Assembly (NCBI RefSeq): GCF_026571515.1
Contig: NW_026855294.1
Coordinates: 186,001-250,000, forward strand
Direction of reading: 5' to 3'
From: Ruditapes philippinarum
Taxonomy: Eukaryota
Length of the DNA: 64,000 nucleotides
Shown here piece after piece: positions 1 to 14,109 of this stretch (positions are counted from its first letter, which is position 1; each line of letters begins with the position of its first letter). The translations under genes were made by a program, and so were the position numbers. The notes beneath the pieces were generated by a model that saw only the letters and a program-made list of their open reading frames with translations, was not told where the DNA came from and did no database searches.

Positions 1-3000
1 TCATCAGATAAATATGAATTTGGTATTAACTTTAATAAAATGGTACCAACTTGTAAAATTGTTAAAGAAAATTAATCAGAAATTGTAAGAAAATAAGAAA
101 AAATTGTTTATTTATAAATACGTTTTTGGATAATCACTCTCAAATCACATGCTATGGTAAATTGTTCACCCTTTCATGTTTGAAACAACACTCTTGTCTA
201 GTGAACACATTTTCTTAATGTAGCAAATTTATATGGCTTTATGATATTGAATTTCAAAAGCAATAAACTTTTCAGAAAGCATACATGGTGGCGGTTATGG
301 GCGTGGTTCGTTCTATTTTTAGCAATTTCTGCCGAGGATTCCCTCCGTTGCGATTATCCTTCAGTCAATGTGTGTTTGGTTGTATTTTTTGACAAATTGT
401 GTTTCTATTTGTTAAAATATTTGTCGTTGAAAAGCATTGCACATTGACGGGGGATAAATCATGACAGGGGCGGTAACTCTGTGTACGAGATTGTCTATTG
501 GTGAAGGTTGTTGCTTACATTGTTTTACAACTGTAAAGTGTGTGTATATAATTAAACTCTGGAGATAGGGGCGAGAAGGTTGAGGGCACGTGACTTTGTT
601 GGTACATCTATAGTAACCTGATAATGAAAGTTTTAAAAAAACATCACATAACAACCGGTGTCAGCACAAAAATCTGCTCTGTGGTTTGTGTTACTTCTTT
701 GGCAAATGGTCGTGTTAATATTGCAATAGCATCAATGGTCGTATTTTTTATGAATTATTTCTTCGGTAAATGGACACATCTTTAAACTTCTTAAAAAGTC
801 TTAACAGGTGAAAGGATTTATTAAATTGGATTTTAGAGTATGTTGTATAAATGTAATAAAAATTTAAAAAAAAACTAACCTGAAAGTGAAAAAGGGAGCC
901 CCGTATGTTTTTCACAGTACAAATGTACTTTGTACTGTATTCTTATATCAAAATGCTGTGATAACTTTTCTATTTTTGTTAAATAGACATTGTCAATTTA
1001 GACAAAAATACATTTTTATTTATTATTTACTTTTATGTTTAGATTATCAGTGATGCCATAAAAATAAACAAGTATTAAATGTTGAAATAAATATTTGCAG
1101 AAGATAGTTTTAAACGAAGTGTTAATTTGACCCCAGTGTAAGATGTCAGTTAATATTTGAATAGAAAATTCATGTTGATGAAAGTCGCATCCATTAACCG
1201 TTCATTTTCATTGGAAGCTATAAATAGAACAAAATCACGTGCTCTCAGCGCAACCTGCTGATTAAAACTGCTCCAGATAGTAAATAAATGTGTAACGTTT
1301 GAAAAATCTTACGGAAATCAACTATTTCGCGAGATTTTCGTTGCTTGTCCTTCATAACAGTGACGTCAGCAAAAGGTGATGGTGTTTTCGTTGATTTTCG
1401 GAGTTTTTCGTCAATTTCCGTCAATTACTGAAACTATTAATACTAGCAGTTAATGGACGTTGTACCCTTGGTGTTGCGTGCATGTCACTTGCATGATTTG
1501 TAAGGTTGAGGGATAAATAGCAAAGACTTCTGTGTTCAACAATCAACAACATAATTTTACTTTAAGGACTATAGTGTTATACAAATAGTCATTAGGTTGA
1601 ATTAAGAATATGTGAACCTTTTCCCCAGAATTTTTTGTTTTCATTTAGATCTACTAAACATATACTGTGTAGCTGTCTTTTTACTTTGTTTCAAGCACAA
1701 AATGATTGGCCAATTCATTTGATCCCATCCCTGACGTCACAAGTGATTTGTGTCTGTCTAATCAGAATCTAAAAAAATGTGAACATTTTGCATATGTGGG
1801 ATTGCATCTTTGTTTTCTTTGCAAAATTGTCAATTGAAATTTAAAAGTATTTTACTTAAATGCCAAGACTTTAGCACCAAAAGAATATCAATATTAGGTC
1901 AAAGGTTATCCTTTCCAAAATACAGGTGTTTGATTGGCCAGAAACCAGTACAATGTATATTGACCGATGAAAATCCCGGAATCAAAAAAGTTAGATAAAC
2001 AGGGCAGGTCTGTCTTTCACAGCGGATTTTACTACTATATTTTAGCAGCCTAAATTACCTTAGTATTTATCGGGTGTGCGGTGCAGAGGGGGGGGGGGGG
2101 TATTCTTTTTACATTACATTTATCTAATGACTATTTGTATAATGCCGAACCTTCAATTCTCCACAAAATAAACCATGACAAAAATGTGTTCAATCAATAA
2201 GGTGCAATAGCAATATAAAAGAAAAATTACAACTTCAAAGGAGAGACCGATAGTAAATAAAGGTTCTTAGTAGATACTAATAAAAATTGGGCTGAGGGAA
2301 TTCTTTTAATATGTTTATGTATTGTAAATAGCATTATTTATAATTTACAAAAAAAACTAGTCAAGATGAAATTTGCCTTTTTAAAAATATTATATATTAT
2401 GTAGATATTGTCAAAAATTTTATTTGAGGAAATTTTATCTCAAACTGTACACATATCTTTTAGCAGATTTGACATATCAGAAAAAAATCTGTTTTTTTTT
2501 CATATATTATATACATATATTTATTTTCTTGATTATGAGATTTTATATTTGTCATATCGCTAACAATGTCGTTACGAACGTTACAAGTTATTCAGTTCGA
2601 CAAAACTTTCCTTAAAGAGCTCCTACAAGAATAAAGCGTAGGGTTGAATTAAAATGATTAATTCCGTAGCAATTCTTGAAGCTTGTATTAATATTGAACT
2701 ACGTTACCAAATGTCGGGTTAAGAATTTTAAGTGATCGTAACGTAGTAATGTAACGTATCGTAACGTAGCAAATGCTGGACAGCACAACTATGTATGTGA
2801 GTGTGTGTGATGGACGCGTATTTTTATTTTCATTTTTTTATTCAACCATGACATATAATATTTTTCTATGACGTTACAGCTAGATTTTTTACTGCTAGCA
2901 TTTAACATGAACGTACCTTTTGCAATATTTGTAAAGAGTGTTTCAAGTATGATTTAGACAGATTGAAAGACCCAAAACATATCTTAATTTTTGTTAAGTC

Positions 3001-3568
3001 TGACGAATGAACGAGAAAAAAAATATTTTCAAAAAATACGATTGATTTACTTTTGCTTCTCTACAAACAAAACATATCATCATACATCCGTTATGATTTT
3101 TCGCCCAAAAAATGGTAAAACGGATTGTGTTGCCTATTCATTCAATATGGTTTGGTAGGCCTTAGCATTTGTACATGGAGGAAAATATCTCCAATTATTT
3201 AACGTTCCGTGAAATCTATTTGGTGGGACCCCTAAAAACTTTTAATTTCAACAAAATACCAAAGGATTATTTGACTTATTTGAGAAGGACAAAAACAATA
3301 GGCAATGCTTAATAAATGGTGGGGTAACTCAAAACCAAACCAACATAGTTAAAAGATTAGTGGAATCTATTAAACATGAATTCATTTATGTGGAAGATAA
3401 ATCCCTTTAATCGTTATTTCACAGATTTTAAAGACCAATCATAAATCGGCATATTCTTGTATTGTAACAAATATACTAAATATACAACGATTCATCAATC
3501 AGTTCCTGAAAAATCGGTATATTTCGGCATATTCCGTGCCTTATAAAGGGCATATATATAAATTATTA

Positions 3569-3704
3569 GTTATAAAGATTGTTCACAGGTTATATGTCCC
3601 TATATAAACGGTTGTTTGGAAATATAACCCGAGCAGCAAGGCGAGGGTTATATTGCAAACAACCGTTTATATACGGCCATATAACATGTCAGGAATATTT
3701 ATAA
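3569..3704. repeat. Long imperfect hairpin (probable transposon end)
   Basis: TATATAAACGGTTGTTTGGAAATATAACCC - loop - GGGTTATATTGCAAACAACCGTTTATATA, extending to about 60-bp arms. Confidence 0.65.
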
Positions 3705-5405
3705 CGGATTTATAATACTGGAATCTTCTTTTTTAGAGAAAAAAATGAGATTTCTTTATACATTGACAGCAGCCTTGTATATAAAACTATAGAAACGTCA
3801 CGATTATCCAATGAAAATTGACGTTACAAACGTGCAGTATTATAAGACACAGAGTAAAACACATAAACGCTTTGAAAGTGATATTAACAAAGTTTGTCTA
3901 TCAAAATCCTTGTATCGTATTGATAAATGGTATACTGTATACCACTAGAACCAAGTGCAGTTTTCAATATTTTCATCAAAATGTAAATTTTGTACAGCAG
4001 AAACCAAACGTTCTCTTTACATCCGCTCTTTTTTTAAAGTGCGCAAAATGTATGCTCTTCGATATACATGCATTTGTATATACGAGATTACTTTCCATTG
4101 TAGGCTTACACAACCTTTACAGTCCAAACCCAATCTGATCGATATGGAGAATAATGGATTTTAACAAATAACACATACAATCGGTTATACTAATGACATG
4201 AAACTTTTGTCGAGCTTTGACATTGAAATGGCTATATGAACTGAATGGCCGATTATTATTTTTTACAACCCATCTTTGGTTTGCAACCGTTTACACCTGT
4301 CTAAAAGAACCCAACGATTTAGAAAAAAAGTATAAAGGAATATAAAAAAATCTACAATAAACTGTAACCAGTTGTACATGGAAAACGCAGAATCTAATAA
4401 AACGAATGATATTCTTTTATACAGATTTTGTCATAATCAACTTTCATCTGAGAAATCTCGTGAGAAGAAAAATGTGTTGAAATTTTCATTATTTTGCCTC
4501 TTTATTTGTTTAAAATACTTCCAAAAACTAGTTGTAAACAGATATTCAGGAAAAATAGTAAGTCCGTGCCACGCTAATTGGTCAGTTCATCATACAAACT
4601 GGGGGCAAAAAACATTCATAATTTTAGGGAAATTTTCAAGCGAAGATTGCAGACCATCACCAGACGGCTGATCTTGATCTACACTGGTCACATGGGTATT
4701 TTCAGTAGCCACCAACAGGCTAAAGGGATTCTCAACAAAGACCGGAACCATTTTCACGTCTGAACAATAGCTTTCAGAGATTTATTTTCACACGTTCCAA
4801 TTATGCTGATGTAAAGATGGTGGAAATTTCTAAAAAAAATGAGATCCCTTTTACTAACAATGTAAATAGTAAGAACTGAAGTCTAAATTTACAGTTATGT
4901 AAGATGTACACACGGACTTCAGAACCACAAATAAATTGCAATAAAAAGATCCCAGTATTCAGATATAGAGGAAAAAAACTGGTAACAGAAAAAGCCTGTA
5001 TCATATTGTGTTCTTATAAAACAAAATTATGATCTCTTTATCAAATTTATTAACGGGCTTGGTTGATAAAACTTTGTGCTAACATTTAATATAAAGCCTA
5101 TCCATGAATAGATATATAGCGTCTGAAGAATGTCCCAATGTAGAATGTCCCGATCACCCCTTTACAACAACCGTAAACATTTTTTTTTGTCTTCCGATTA
5201 GTGTTCTGTTCATTGTAAAGCGATACCTTTTGCAAATAAAGCAGTCCAGCAGTAATTATCCGAGAAATAAATGTTAATTATAAATTCCTTTATCATTGGG
5301 TTAGGTATTCGGGTGCAAAATAACCAAAAGACCTGTTAAAACAACAAATCGTGCACTATCTAATGTTAATGCACGCGTGTGCTAAAAGAACGATTCATTA
5401 AATTA

Positions 5406-5846
5406 TCAAAAGAGTTTATAGTTGAGATCGTAAACTACCACAGCAGCTACAGGAAGCATCGCAATACAATCGGTCAAACCATCGCCATCAAGCAGCCACT
5501 GCTGTCCGGTATTCTTTTCGGGAGTATTTGTGTCTGACACAGCCGGTTTGTATATGTTCCAGAACCAGTGCATTATACTGCACGCCCACATAGAATAGCT
5601 GGAAAAGGAAAACAAACCTTTGTTGATCAATTTAATAAAGACTGGGTGACAGGCATGTATAATTGATTCAAAGTGAAACCATGTGTGGCGGCATGGTCAA
5701 TTGGTTTAACGCGTCGGACTAGCTATGGATCTCTAACCCTGTCGGTTCAAACCCCGTCAGGGGCAAGCCGTCGTTTCCTTGAGCAAGAGACATCACACTC
5801 GTTGCTCAGTACTTGTTGGTTCTAGGAACGAAATCGAGTGTGTGTT

Positions 5847-5881
<35 letters not shown>

Positions 5882-8800
5882 TAATAATAATAACAGTATT
5901 TAACGAGAGAACTCATTTGAACAACAAATCAGTCTTCCACAAGACCCTCAACAAGGAACAGTATAAGTTTAACATATTCAAACTATTTAAATATATTAAT
6001 GTTAATGCATACATGAGATTATCAATTTGCATACATCGATGTATGATAATATCTCAAGTATAATGTTTTCAAATGGTTCACAGATGTAGCAGACTTGATA
6101 TAATCAGGAAAGCCGTTCCAAATTAAACAAGAGACTTGCGCAATTGTTCAATATTTGTTCTAGGGGTATAAAGTTGAAAAAATCAGACGATGAACGCAAA
6201 ATGCGAGTATAATAACTGACGAAAAATGAAATCATTCAATAAATAGGAAGGTGCCTGATTCACGGTGCATATCCATATCGGTACCCTCTTTGCGAAATCT
6301 GCTGAAACGGTACCCTCTTTGTACATGCACAGGCCATTCTCTGCTCAAAACAAATCAAGCGATGGATAACAAGCCAGTAAAAATTCACTGTAATAAGGAA
6401 AGGAGGTATGACACGTAGAAAAGATGTATACCACGGAACACTAGAATGTTTTATCTATTTCCTGAATTTGTCATGTGCCCGTTTTTCATGTACTGCAACT
6501 TCACAATACGCTACAAAAAATCAACATGTCTTACCTCGCCCATCACCTCGACATACTTTTCTGGCTGAAATGAACCTGTGGCTTGATTATATATGCATCA
6601 TACATATCTAATATGTTCATTTACATATCATCTTCGGACAAATGGCAGTACATTGTCAAAATAATGGTAAAATTCATAAAAACACCCTACTTTCAGTTTT
6701 GCAGCGGCACGGGCTACCTCTCTTCATTTGAATTTTTATATCACAGGTACCGTCTCATTTTTTTTAACACATAGGTATACTCAATGCACGACATATGCTT
6801 TTAATTGCGCGTTAATCGTTAAGTATGTAATATTTACATAAATAAAGAAATGTTACATACCTAACGAATAACGCAAAATAAAAGCATATGTCGTGCCTTG
6901 AGGGTACCTATATGTGAAAAAAATTGAGAGGGTACCTGTGATATAAAAATTCAAATGAAGAGAGGTAGCCCGTGCCGTTGCAAAAACCGAAAGTAGGGTG
7001 TTTTTATGAATTTTTCATTTATTTTTTTGACACTATACTGCCATTTGTCCGAAGATGATATGTATATGAACATATTGAATATGTATGATGCATATATAAT
7101 CAAGCCACAGGTTTATTTCAGCCCAAAAAATATGTCGAGGTGATGGGCGAAGCAAGGCATGTCGATTTTTTGTAGCTTATAGGAATTTGTAGTACATAAA
7201 AAAACGGGCACATGACAAATCAGCACATAGATAACACATTCTAGTGTTCCGTGGTATACATCTTTTCTACGTGTCATACCTTCTTTCCTTAATATATTGA
7301 AATTTTAATGTATTGTTATCAATCGCTGGTTTGTTTTTAGCAGAGAGTGGCCTGTGCATGTGCAAAGAGGGTACCGTTTCAGCAGATTTCGCAAAGAGGG
7401 TACCGATATGGATATGCACCGTGTGATTATTCATTATCTTAAGCATCATAATAGCTATATGAAAGCGGAGTTCAGAAAATAGTTCAGCGGATGGAGTGTC
7501 ATGATCTTTGTCTAGAATTAGTCTTGCAGCTCTCTTTTGGAACTTAATTTAATGAGTTCATCTTCTAGAAAAGACGTACAGTTATCGTAAATTATGCAAC
7601 AATAATCAAGATGTGGTAAAATATATGCATTGTAAAACATTTAACGTACAGGTATTGGTATGAATAATTTTATACGAGATAATAAATGTAACAGTGAGTT
7701 GCATTTTTCGAGAACATTATCAATATGACTTTGCCAAGACAAGGCCGGTGTTATCAATTGTGATACCCAGTAATTTTTCTTCAGAGCTACAAACAATTTG
7801 CTCTGTTTTATACGAAATACAAGGATTACTTTCATAAATATAATTTTGCTTGTGTTTTGAGGAAATATACATGACCTGAGCTGTGTTAGCATTGATAGAC
7901 TCACACCATATGTTGACATTTAAAAGATCATGAGTAAGAGAATCAACTACCCTGTTAAGGGATACATCAGATGTTGAAAGGGTGGTGTCATTAGCAAAAA
8001 TTTCTGTTGTTTTTTGTTGTTGTTTTTTTTTCAATAGACAAAGGTGGGTCATTGATATAGATTACAAACAGTATAGAACTTGAGGAACTCCAGTAGTTAC
8101 TGAACTTGACTCTGAATATAACCTGGATATGCAGGCCCGTCGTCACGATTTTGTGAATGGTGCGGCCAATTTGGTTGGATTTAGGCAGAATCTAGGGGGG
8201 TACGGGGGCATGCTCCCCCGAAATTTTTTTTATTCTAGGATGCTCTCAGAGGCGTTTTCCCGTATATTTGGCACAGTGTACAGCTTGCCGCTAGTACATG
8301 TTATAGTAATATGTCAACGATTTTTTACAGATTTAAGTGCGTCGTAAGTTTTCAGGGTGAAATTTAAGGTTCGCATGACGGACGGACAGGTGTACATAAA
8401 AGATGAATACATGTAATTGATATTTGGCAAATGAAAAATAAACAATAACTGATGTTGTTTTAATTCTTTAGATGCATTTTTATCTGATAATTACAAATAA
8501 ACAATAACAAGAAATATTACAGTACATTGTACCACTTTTTGTTTAGCAGTAACTTGTTCACAAAAATCTTACACAACAGAGTCTCATTTTATGTAAATTT
8601 GCTGAGGTTGTCTGTAAATGCTAGGATGTCGTGTGCAAGCATTACACCGAAAAAGTACTCGAACGTCCTCATCTGAGCAGAAACACCCAGAATTCGCGCC
8701 CTGGTCTCGGAGTCCTTAGCGTTACACTCGTCCCATAGGTCCTTTAGTACAGTGTAATTATCAATCACACTTTTGAGACTTGCTGCACGGACTGCCCAGC

Positions 8801-11800
8801 GAGTAGGGCACAGAGTTCTAAAACCCGGCGTATCAGGTGCTAGATCTCAAGAGACTGTCACGTTTAGAAGAATACTTAAGTAAATTAGAAATTGCTTATC
8901 AGCGATGCGTGTTTTTTGTTTGTTTGTTTTTTCACTCATTTTTGGCCAAAATATTGGTCCGGCCAAGGCCGGACCGGCCGGACCATCGACGACGGCCTTG
9001 AATTATGTAAGTTTGTTCGGTTCTGTAATCAAATAGGAGGAAAACCAAGCAACTGATGAAGGGTTAAGGTTATACATTCTAAGCTTTTCAATAATAATGG
9101 AGTAAAATAATAATACATGTAGTGATAATAAAAGTAATTTTATCAAACTTCTGTAAATCAGGTTTATATGTAGATAATATGATTCACAAGTTATCGTATA
9201 TTTTTGTTTGTAATATTGTAAATGTAAACTTTATGTCATAATTCAAATTGTCTCTCTTTCGTTTTTGCTTGCTTTTCATGGTCTGTCGTTCCTCCTTTGG
9301 TTGCACGGGGGAGGAACTGTTACACGAAGGATGGAGTTTTTATGATAACTTGTTCAGGAGTTCTTGTGATAACTGTCACGGAGTTCGTCGGAAAACATAT
9401 GTATACACTACAAAAACAGTCGTCAAAAATGGTAATTTTCATTTTTCAAAAATGAATTTTAGGTGCTAAATTAAACTTAAATGATGAAGCTTGTCTTACA
9501 CTTGTATTAAGTGTCAAAAACTAATTCATAGGCCATTTTTCATCGCCTTGCTTAAAATCTGGTAGTTTTTAGTGAAATTTCCTAATTTTCCAATTCACAC
9601 GTATTGACCTGTTTATTTCTGGTCTTCATCCTTGCCATACATAATTACCTAATTATAATGCGAAATTGCAAACATAAAGCACCGACTAACAGATTTATAC
9701 CCGAGGAAGTTCACAGATCTCAGATACCCGGGAAATTAAACAAGGAAGTTTGTTTCCGATACTCCTTTAGACTATTTTATAAATTGGACGTGTATACTAA
9801 TCAGAGAGATTCTTTAAATTATTATACTAATTTTAGAATGACCAATGAGATTCCCGGATTTCAGGTTGTAACTTGAAACTGAGCAATGAAAATCATTCTA
9901 ATTATTCAGTTATTCTATGTATATTTTATAGTAGGTTAAACCGATGTCAGACAGACTTTTTCCGAAAGTGCTGATTCTAATTTAGTTACGAATTAGACCA
10001 CTCTAATGTATAGAAAATAAAGACATTGAATATTTCATTTGTGAGCAATATTAAATGTCATATTGGTATAAAACATGTTTACATCTAGCAGACCTATAAT
10101 GTCACACATTTTATAGCATATATTGTTGTACGTTGTAAGAAGAAATGAAATCTTATTTAAAAATGAAATTATTCAAAGCAATTTCATCGCCACATACGTA
10201 CCCAGATTTCACAGCCAGCCATCCAAGAAGACATACGGAATTTAAACATGACACACTTTGCACGATCACTGTTAGATATGGATACGAAGGTTTGAGTCTG
10301 TAATTCAACAAAATCATCACAGGCACGTGGAAGAGTCCACAAACAATACCACTTAAATAAAAGAGTAGAAATACATTTATTGTAAAGAAGACTAAAGAAT
10401 AAAAAAAGAACAATATTGAGAAAAAAATGAGGGGATATTTCTAGTTTTATTTCAAATGATTGGTTCGATGCACGCGTTCAATGGTTGGTTGGGGTTGGGT
10501 TTTTCGTCGCACCAAGACAGTAAAGGCGTCTTCTGCTTTTCTGGTGGAGGAAGGCCTTGTGTGCCCTTCAATGTATTTACGGACGAGCACCTGAGTAGAA
10601 CAGCCAACGTTCCGTAAGCTAGCTGGATAGTGTTCTCACATGAACGAATCCGAAGTCCCAAGTGAGATTCGAACCAAAAACGGTGAAGGGCAAATAGTTA
10701 CGTTTGTACTTTGATAGTAACAGTGTAATGTGTCACATTAAATTGTGCTTTATAGTAGAAGATCGTGCGCATGTGGTAAGTAAATAATAATGTTAAAAAA
10801 TCGGATACCGTCAGGGGTGTGCAAAGTGATTGTTTTGTTAACAAGGGAGACAAATGCGTGTTTCTTTTTATAAAGCATGTACCCCGGGAGTGTTGAGTAC
10901 AATAATATTCAAAATGTTGTCTACTTTTAATATTGACCTTCTTTTAAAAACGTTCCCAATATTATGTTCCATTTGATATGGCAAGTATTGAACGCTTAAA
11001 AAAAACTTTTTATAATCTTATTTATTTATTATAATCCTATTCATTCATTCATTCATTCATTCATTTTGTATTTATATGATAAATAAGAATACCTATCTAT
11101 CGCGCATTACCTTATAGTAAATGCAGTTAGAACAGAAAATCTGTCAAGCAGGCACGGTAGCAGGAAACATCGCCAACCAATCTCCTCACCAGCTGCCCGT
11201 AGAAAACCGAAAAACCTACTTTTATTGTGCTGTTTACGAATCTCCACTATAGCATGTAATGCAAGAAATTATAATAAGAAATGTGAAAATATATAATTGC
11301 AACGTGAAAAATGTAAAAATTGATTCGCGAAAAATGTAAAATTGATATGTGAAAATATAAAAATGATACGTGAAAAAATGTGAAAAATATAAAATTAATA
11401 TGTGAAAGATAATTGAAATGTGAAAAATATATAATTGTAAAGTGTAAAATATAATCAGATGGTCGATGAAACAACTCCTCTGTGTGCACAAAATGTAATA
11501 TGCCTATTAAAGTTCATCTATAAAGCTAATAAGACAAATGATCCGTGTCACGACAAAACCAACATAATGTGTTTGCGACCAGCATGGATCCAGACCAGCC
11601 TGCGCATCCGCGCAGTCTGATCAGGATTCATGCTGTTCGCTATCAGTTTCTCTACTTGTACTAGGGTTGGTAAGCGAACAGCATGGATTCTGATCAGACT
11701 GCGCGGATGTTGTTTATGTTGGTTTTGTCGTGACGCGGCTCAAATAGTATCCAGGTTGCAAGAATAAGGACAACATGCTCTCACTGTACTCCTCAATTTC

Positions 11801-14109
11801 TTTTTGTCACAAAATTTTAACTACTAAATGAAACATTGAAATTTCAAGAAATACGATCCAAACATACATTGTCGTAGGAACTATGGCATTGCAACAAAAT
11901 GAAATATGAATGTAGCATGTGCAAAATGTATATTGGAAATGAGAGCAGGATCGCTACAATGGGTTCACGTTACGAATACATTTTTGTTCATGAGTTTGCT
12001 CATTAAAATATTGTATATGAATGAAATCAAAATATGAGTATTGTAACGCAGGCAATGAGGTAACAGGTAATTTCAGGAACAGTCCTGACATTGTCTAAAA
12101 TGCTGTACAAAGAACACATGCAGCAGAACTACAAAACAAAAATCTGATAAAGTTTAAGGAGACCTGATCGACCAACTAACTCGCATGATTTTAAATAGAT
12201 CTGTTAGTTAGTGGCCTACTTGTCGTGGGACAGCAATGAAAATTACGTACGTCCGATAAAGCTTTGTTCATTTGGCTACCTAGGTTCCTTACTATATACA
12301 AGATAGAAGACATTTTTAAATGACGGGACTGGAAATAATTTTTCAAGGTAATTGTCCCATTTGATGTAGCTAGGTCTGTATGCAAAATTTTTGATCCACC
12401 CCGTTTTACAAGATTAATTTTTCAATGATCCAAATGTTCAACGCTTTTTAATCAAATCGGGCTAAGAATACATTTGTTATTTAGTCTCATTACATTTCTT
12501 AATTATCTTTTGCATATCTTTCTGTTTTCAGTGCCCCAGCTGATCTATATAGGAAATAAAAAAAAATATGTTTTAGGCTTTTGTACCTAAATGCATTTAG
12601 CTTGATACCAGGTACGGCAGCATTTATTTGTTGATATCGTGTTAGAATCGAAACAATATTATCCAAATCAGTGATTTTGTCGCTTGGATGCGCCCTCGTG
12701 ATATAATTACTTACATCCGAACTTCAAACAGTGATTTTATTAAGCGATAAAACTACTGTTTGGGATATTTTATTTCTTAAATAAAACACGGCAGTCAGGT
12801 ATATATGTATACGTATAATAGATAAGTGCCATAAAACAAATACTTCTATCTCTTGCACACGTTATCCTTAGCAAAAAGCTAATATCTCTGGATAAAAAAG
12901 TGTCATTTCGGCAAAATGCCTACGGCTGCATATTGAGCATATTGAGCTCTATAAGTCATCCAGAATTAAATAAATTCTCACCTTGGTTTGCCCACCCCAT
13001 GACAACAGCTAAAAGCACCGCCAGAGCGCTGAAAATGATGCACTTGACTTTCTGAAATGGAAATACACTTAAAGGCCTATTATGCACCGGAAATGTATGT
13101 ATTTATTGTTTGCGCCATTTTTTGGCAATTAGTACAACGATTCTGATTTAGTATTTGTATGGAAGTCAAAATACTACTCTGTTTACGTTTAAATTTTATT
13201 ACCTTAATGACAGACAATTTCACATTCATCGCTACTTTCTTTAGGTAACAAGCATCTGACATGCTCTAAAATCATTATTTAAACATTATTTAAACATTAT
13301 AATACTTTCTTTGCCTTTTCTAAAGAAGAAAAAAAGTTTCTGAGGCATAATATGCCTTTAAGAATAAATAAGATTTAACAAAACAAAAAAAAACGTTTTG
13401 TTTATGCCTTAACAAGAAAACGAAACAACAAAAGCATTTGTACCAGGCAAGCTAAAATATTTGTACCGAAATGACTGAAATGTTCATAATTTAACAACAA
13501 ATACATTTCTACCCTATTTGTTTAACACAACAACAAAAACATTAGTAAATAATTTGCTGTAATGTAGAAATGTTTATGAATTAACCACAAAATATTTGTA
13601 CCCCGATTACCTGATATTTACTCACATATTTAATAGCAAAACATTCCATATATATAAATTAATGAAAATTTGTTGTTGAATCTTTCAAATTATAGCCGAT
13701 TAATTATTCTAAATTTATTCAATAAAATAATAAGTAGTAGCATAATTCCTTATTGCATAAAGAATACAAATGTACATAGGACCCATTAATTTTCTACTCA
13801 TTCAATTTTTGTTTTTGTTGTTGTTTTCTGACAATCATATCGATCATGCCCTAAATAAGTCAGGTACTAATTATCAACGGCAGGTAAAGTTCACATATCA
13901 CTGCATTTATGGAAGTTTTTACTAACCTCATTTGCACCCGACAGTTTACTCATAAAAGACATCAATTCTCCATTTCCTGCTTCCCATATTAGTGCTGTCG
14001 CACCTGGGAAAAACATGGCCAAGGCCAGAAACGAAAAACTCGCGTTACGTAGAATGCAAACCCATAATGCAGTAATGCTCAAAACAAATGCTGCGAATTC
14101 CAAACACAT
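5406..14109 (-). CDS. CPBP/Abi (type II CAAX protease) family intramembrane glutamic endopeptidase, copy A, about 225 aa, 5 coding exons
   Basis: Exons (minus): 14109-13927, 13051-12982, 11192-11111, 10351-10202, 5598-5406. All introns are GT-AG with compatible phases (0,1,2,2). Translation contains GEEIGWR (EExxxR), GIVCGLFH (FxxxH region) and SMWACSIMHWFWN (HxxxN) among hydrophobic helices. An extra exon between exons 2 and 3 cannot be excluded. Confidence 0.85.
5683..5847 (+). mobile_element. tRNA-derived SINE (paralogous copy at 17277-17465)
   Basis: A-box-like TGGTCAATTGG and B-box-like GGTTCAAACC, followed by a TTTCCTTGAGCAAG..TTGCTCAGTAC..TTGGTTC core; same position in intron 4 of both CPBP copies. 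Confidence 0.7.
6261..7423. mobile_element. Non-autonomous foldback DNA transposon with Transib/RAG-like ends
   Basis: Almost wholly palindromic (arms about 570 bp). Ends are CACGGTG...CACCGTG with 5-bp TSD TGATT (6256-6260 and 7424-7428). Confidence 0.9.
8132..9000 (-). mobile_element. Internally deleted hAT transposon with a transposase fragment
   Basis: TIRs CAGGCCCGTCGTC / GACGACGGCCTTG. Minus strand about 8594-8846 reads ..GFRTLCPTRWAVRAASLKSVIDNY..RARILGVSAQMRTFEYFFGVML..ILAFTDNLSK, the hAT (ZMYM1-like) TRW region. No clean TSD. Confidence 0.85.
11536..11745. mobile_element. Palindromic MITE (GGATCC-containing family)
   Basis: Hairpin element GACAAAACCAACAT..GCGACCAGCATGGATCCAGACCAGCCTGCGC..ATGTTGGTTTTGTC; three copies in the window; absent from copy B intron 2. 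Confidence 0.8.
13069..13361. mobile_element. TTAA-target MITE family 2 (Kolobok-like)
   Basis: TTAA|AGGCCTATTATGC...GCATAATATGCCT|TTAA. Decayed counterpart at the matching position in copy B (about 22217-22438); related copies at 26383-26732 and about 31590-31918. Confidence 0.7.

Larger units (their letters stand above)
5848..9100 (-). mobile_element. 5'-truncated, decayed non-LTR retrotransposon (CR1/L2-like RT 3' part), interrupted by two DNA transposons
   Basis: Minus-strand RT relics: IEKLRMYNLNPSSVAWFSSYL (about 9030-9095), SVTTGVPQ (about 8080-8103), IFANDTTL (degenerate FADD, about 7980-8000), EEKLLGITID, LSWQSHID, FYNAYILPHLDYC, FQKRAARLIL. (ATA)n tail at 5848-5893. Frameshifted. 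Confidence 0.85.

Noticed and set aside
11234-11491. Phe/Ile/His-rich ORFs (also about 20640-20950)
   Set aside because: Low-complexity AATGTGAAAAATAT repeats inside CPBP intron 2.
12191-12385. Possible additional CPBP exon (ORF MHTDLATS...)
   Set aside because: The paralogous segment in copy B (about 21240-21415) has indels and stops, and exons 2 and 3 already join in phase.
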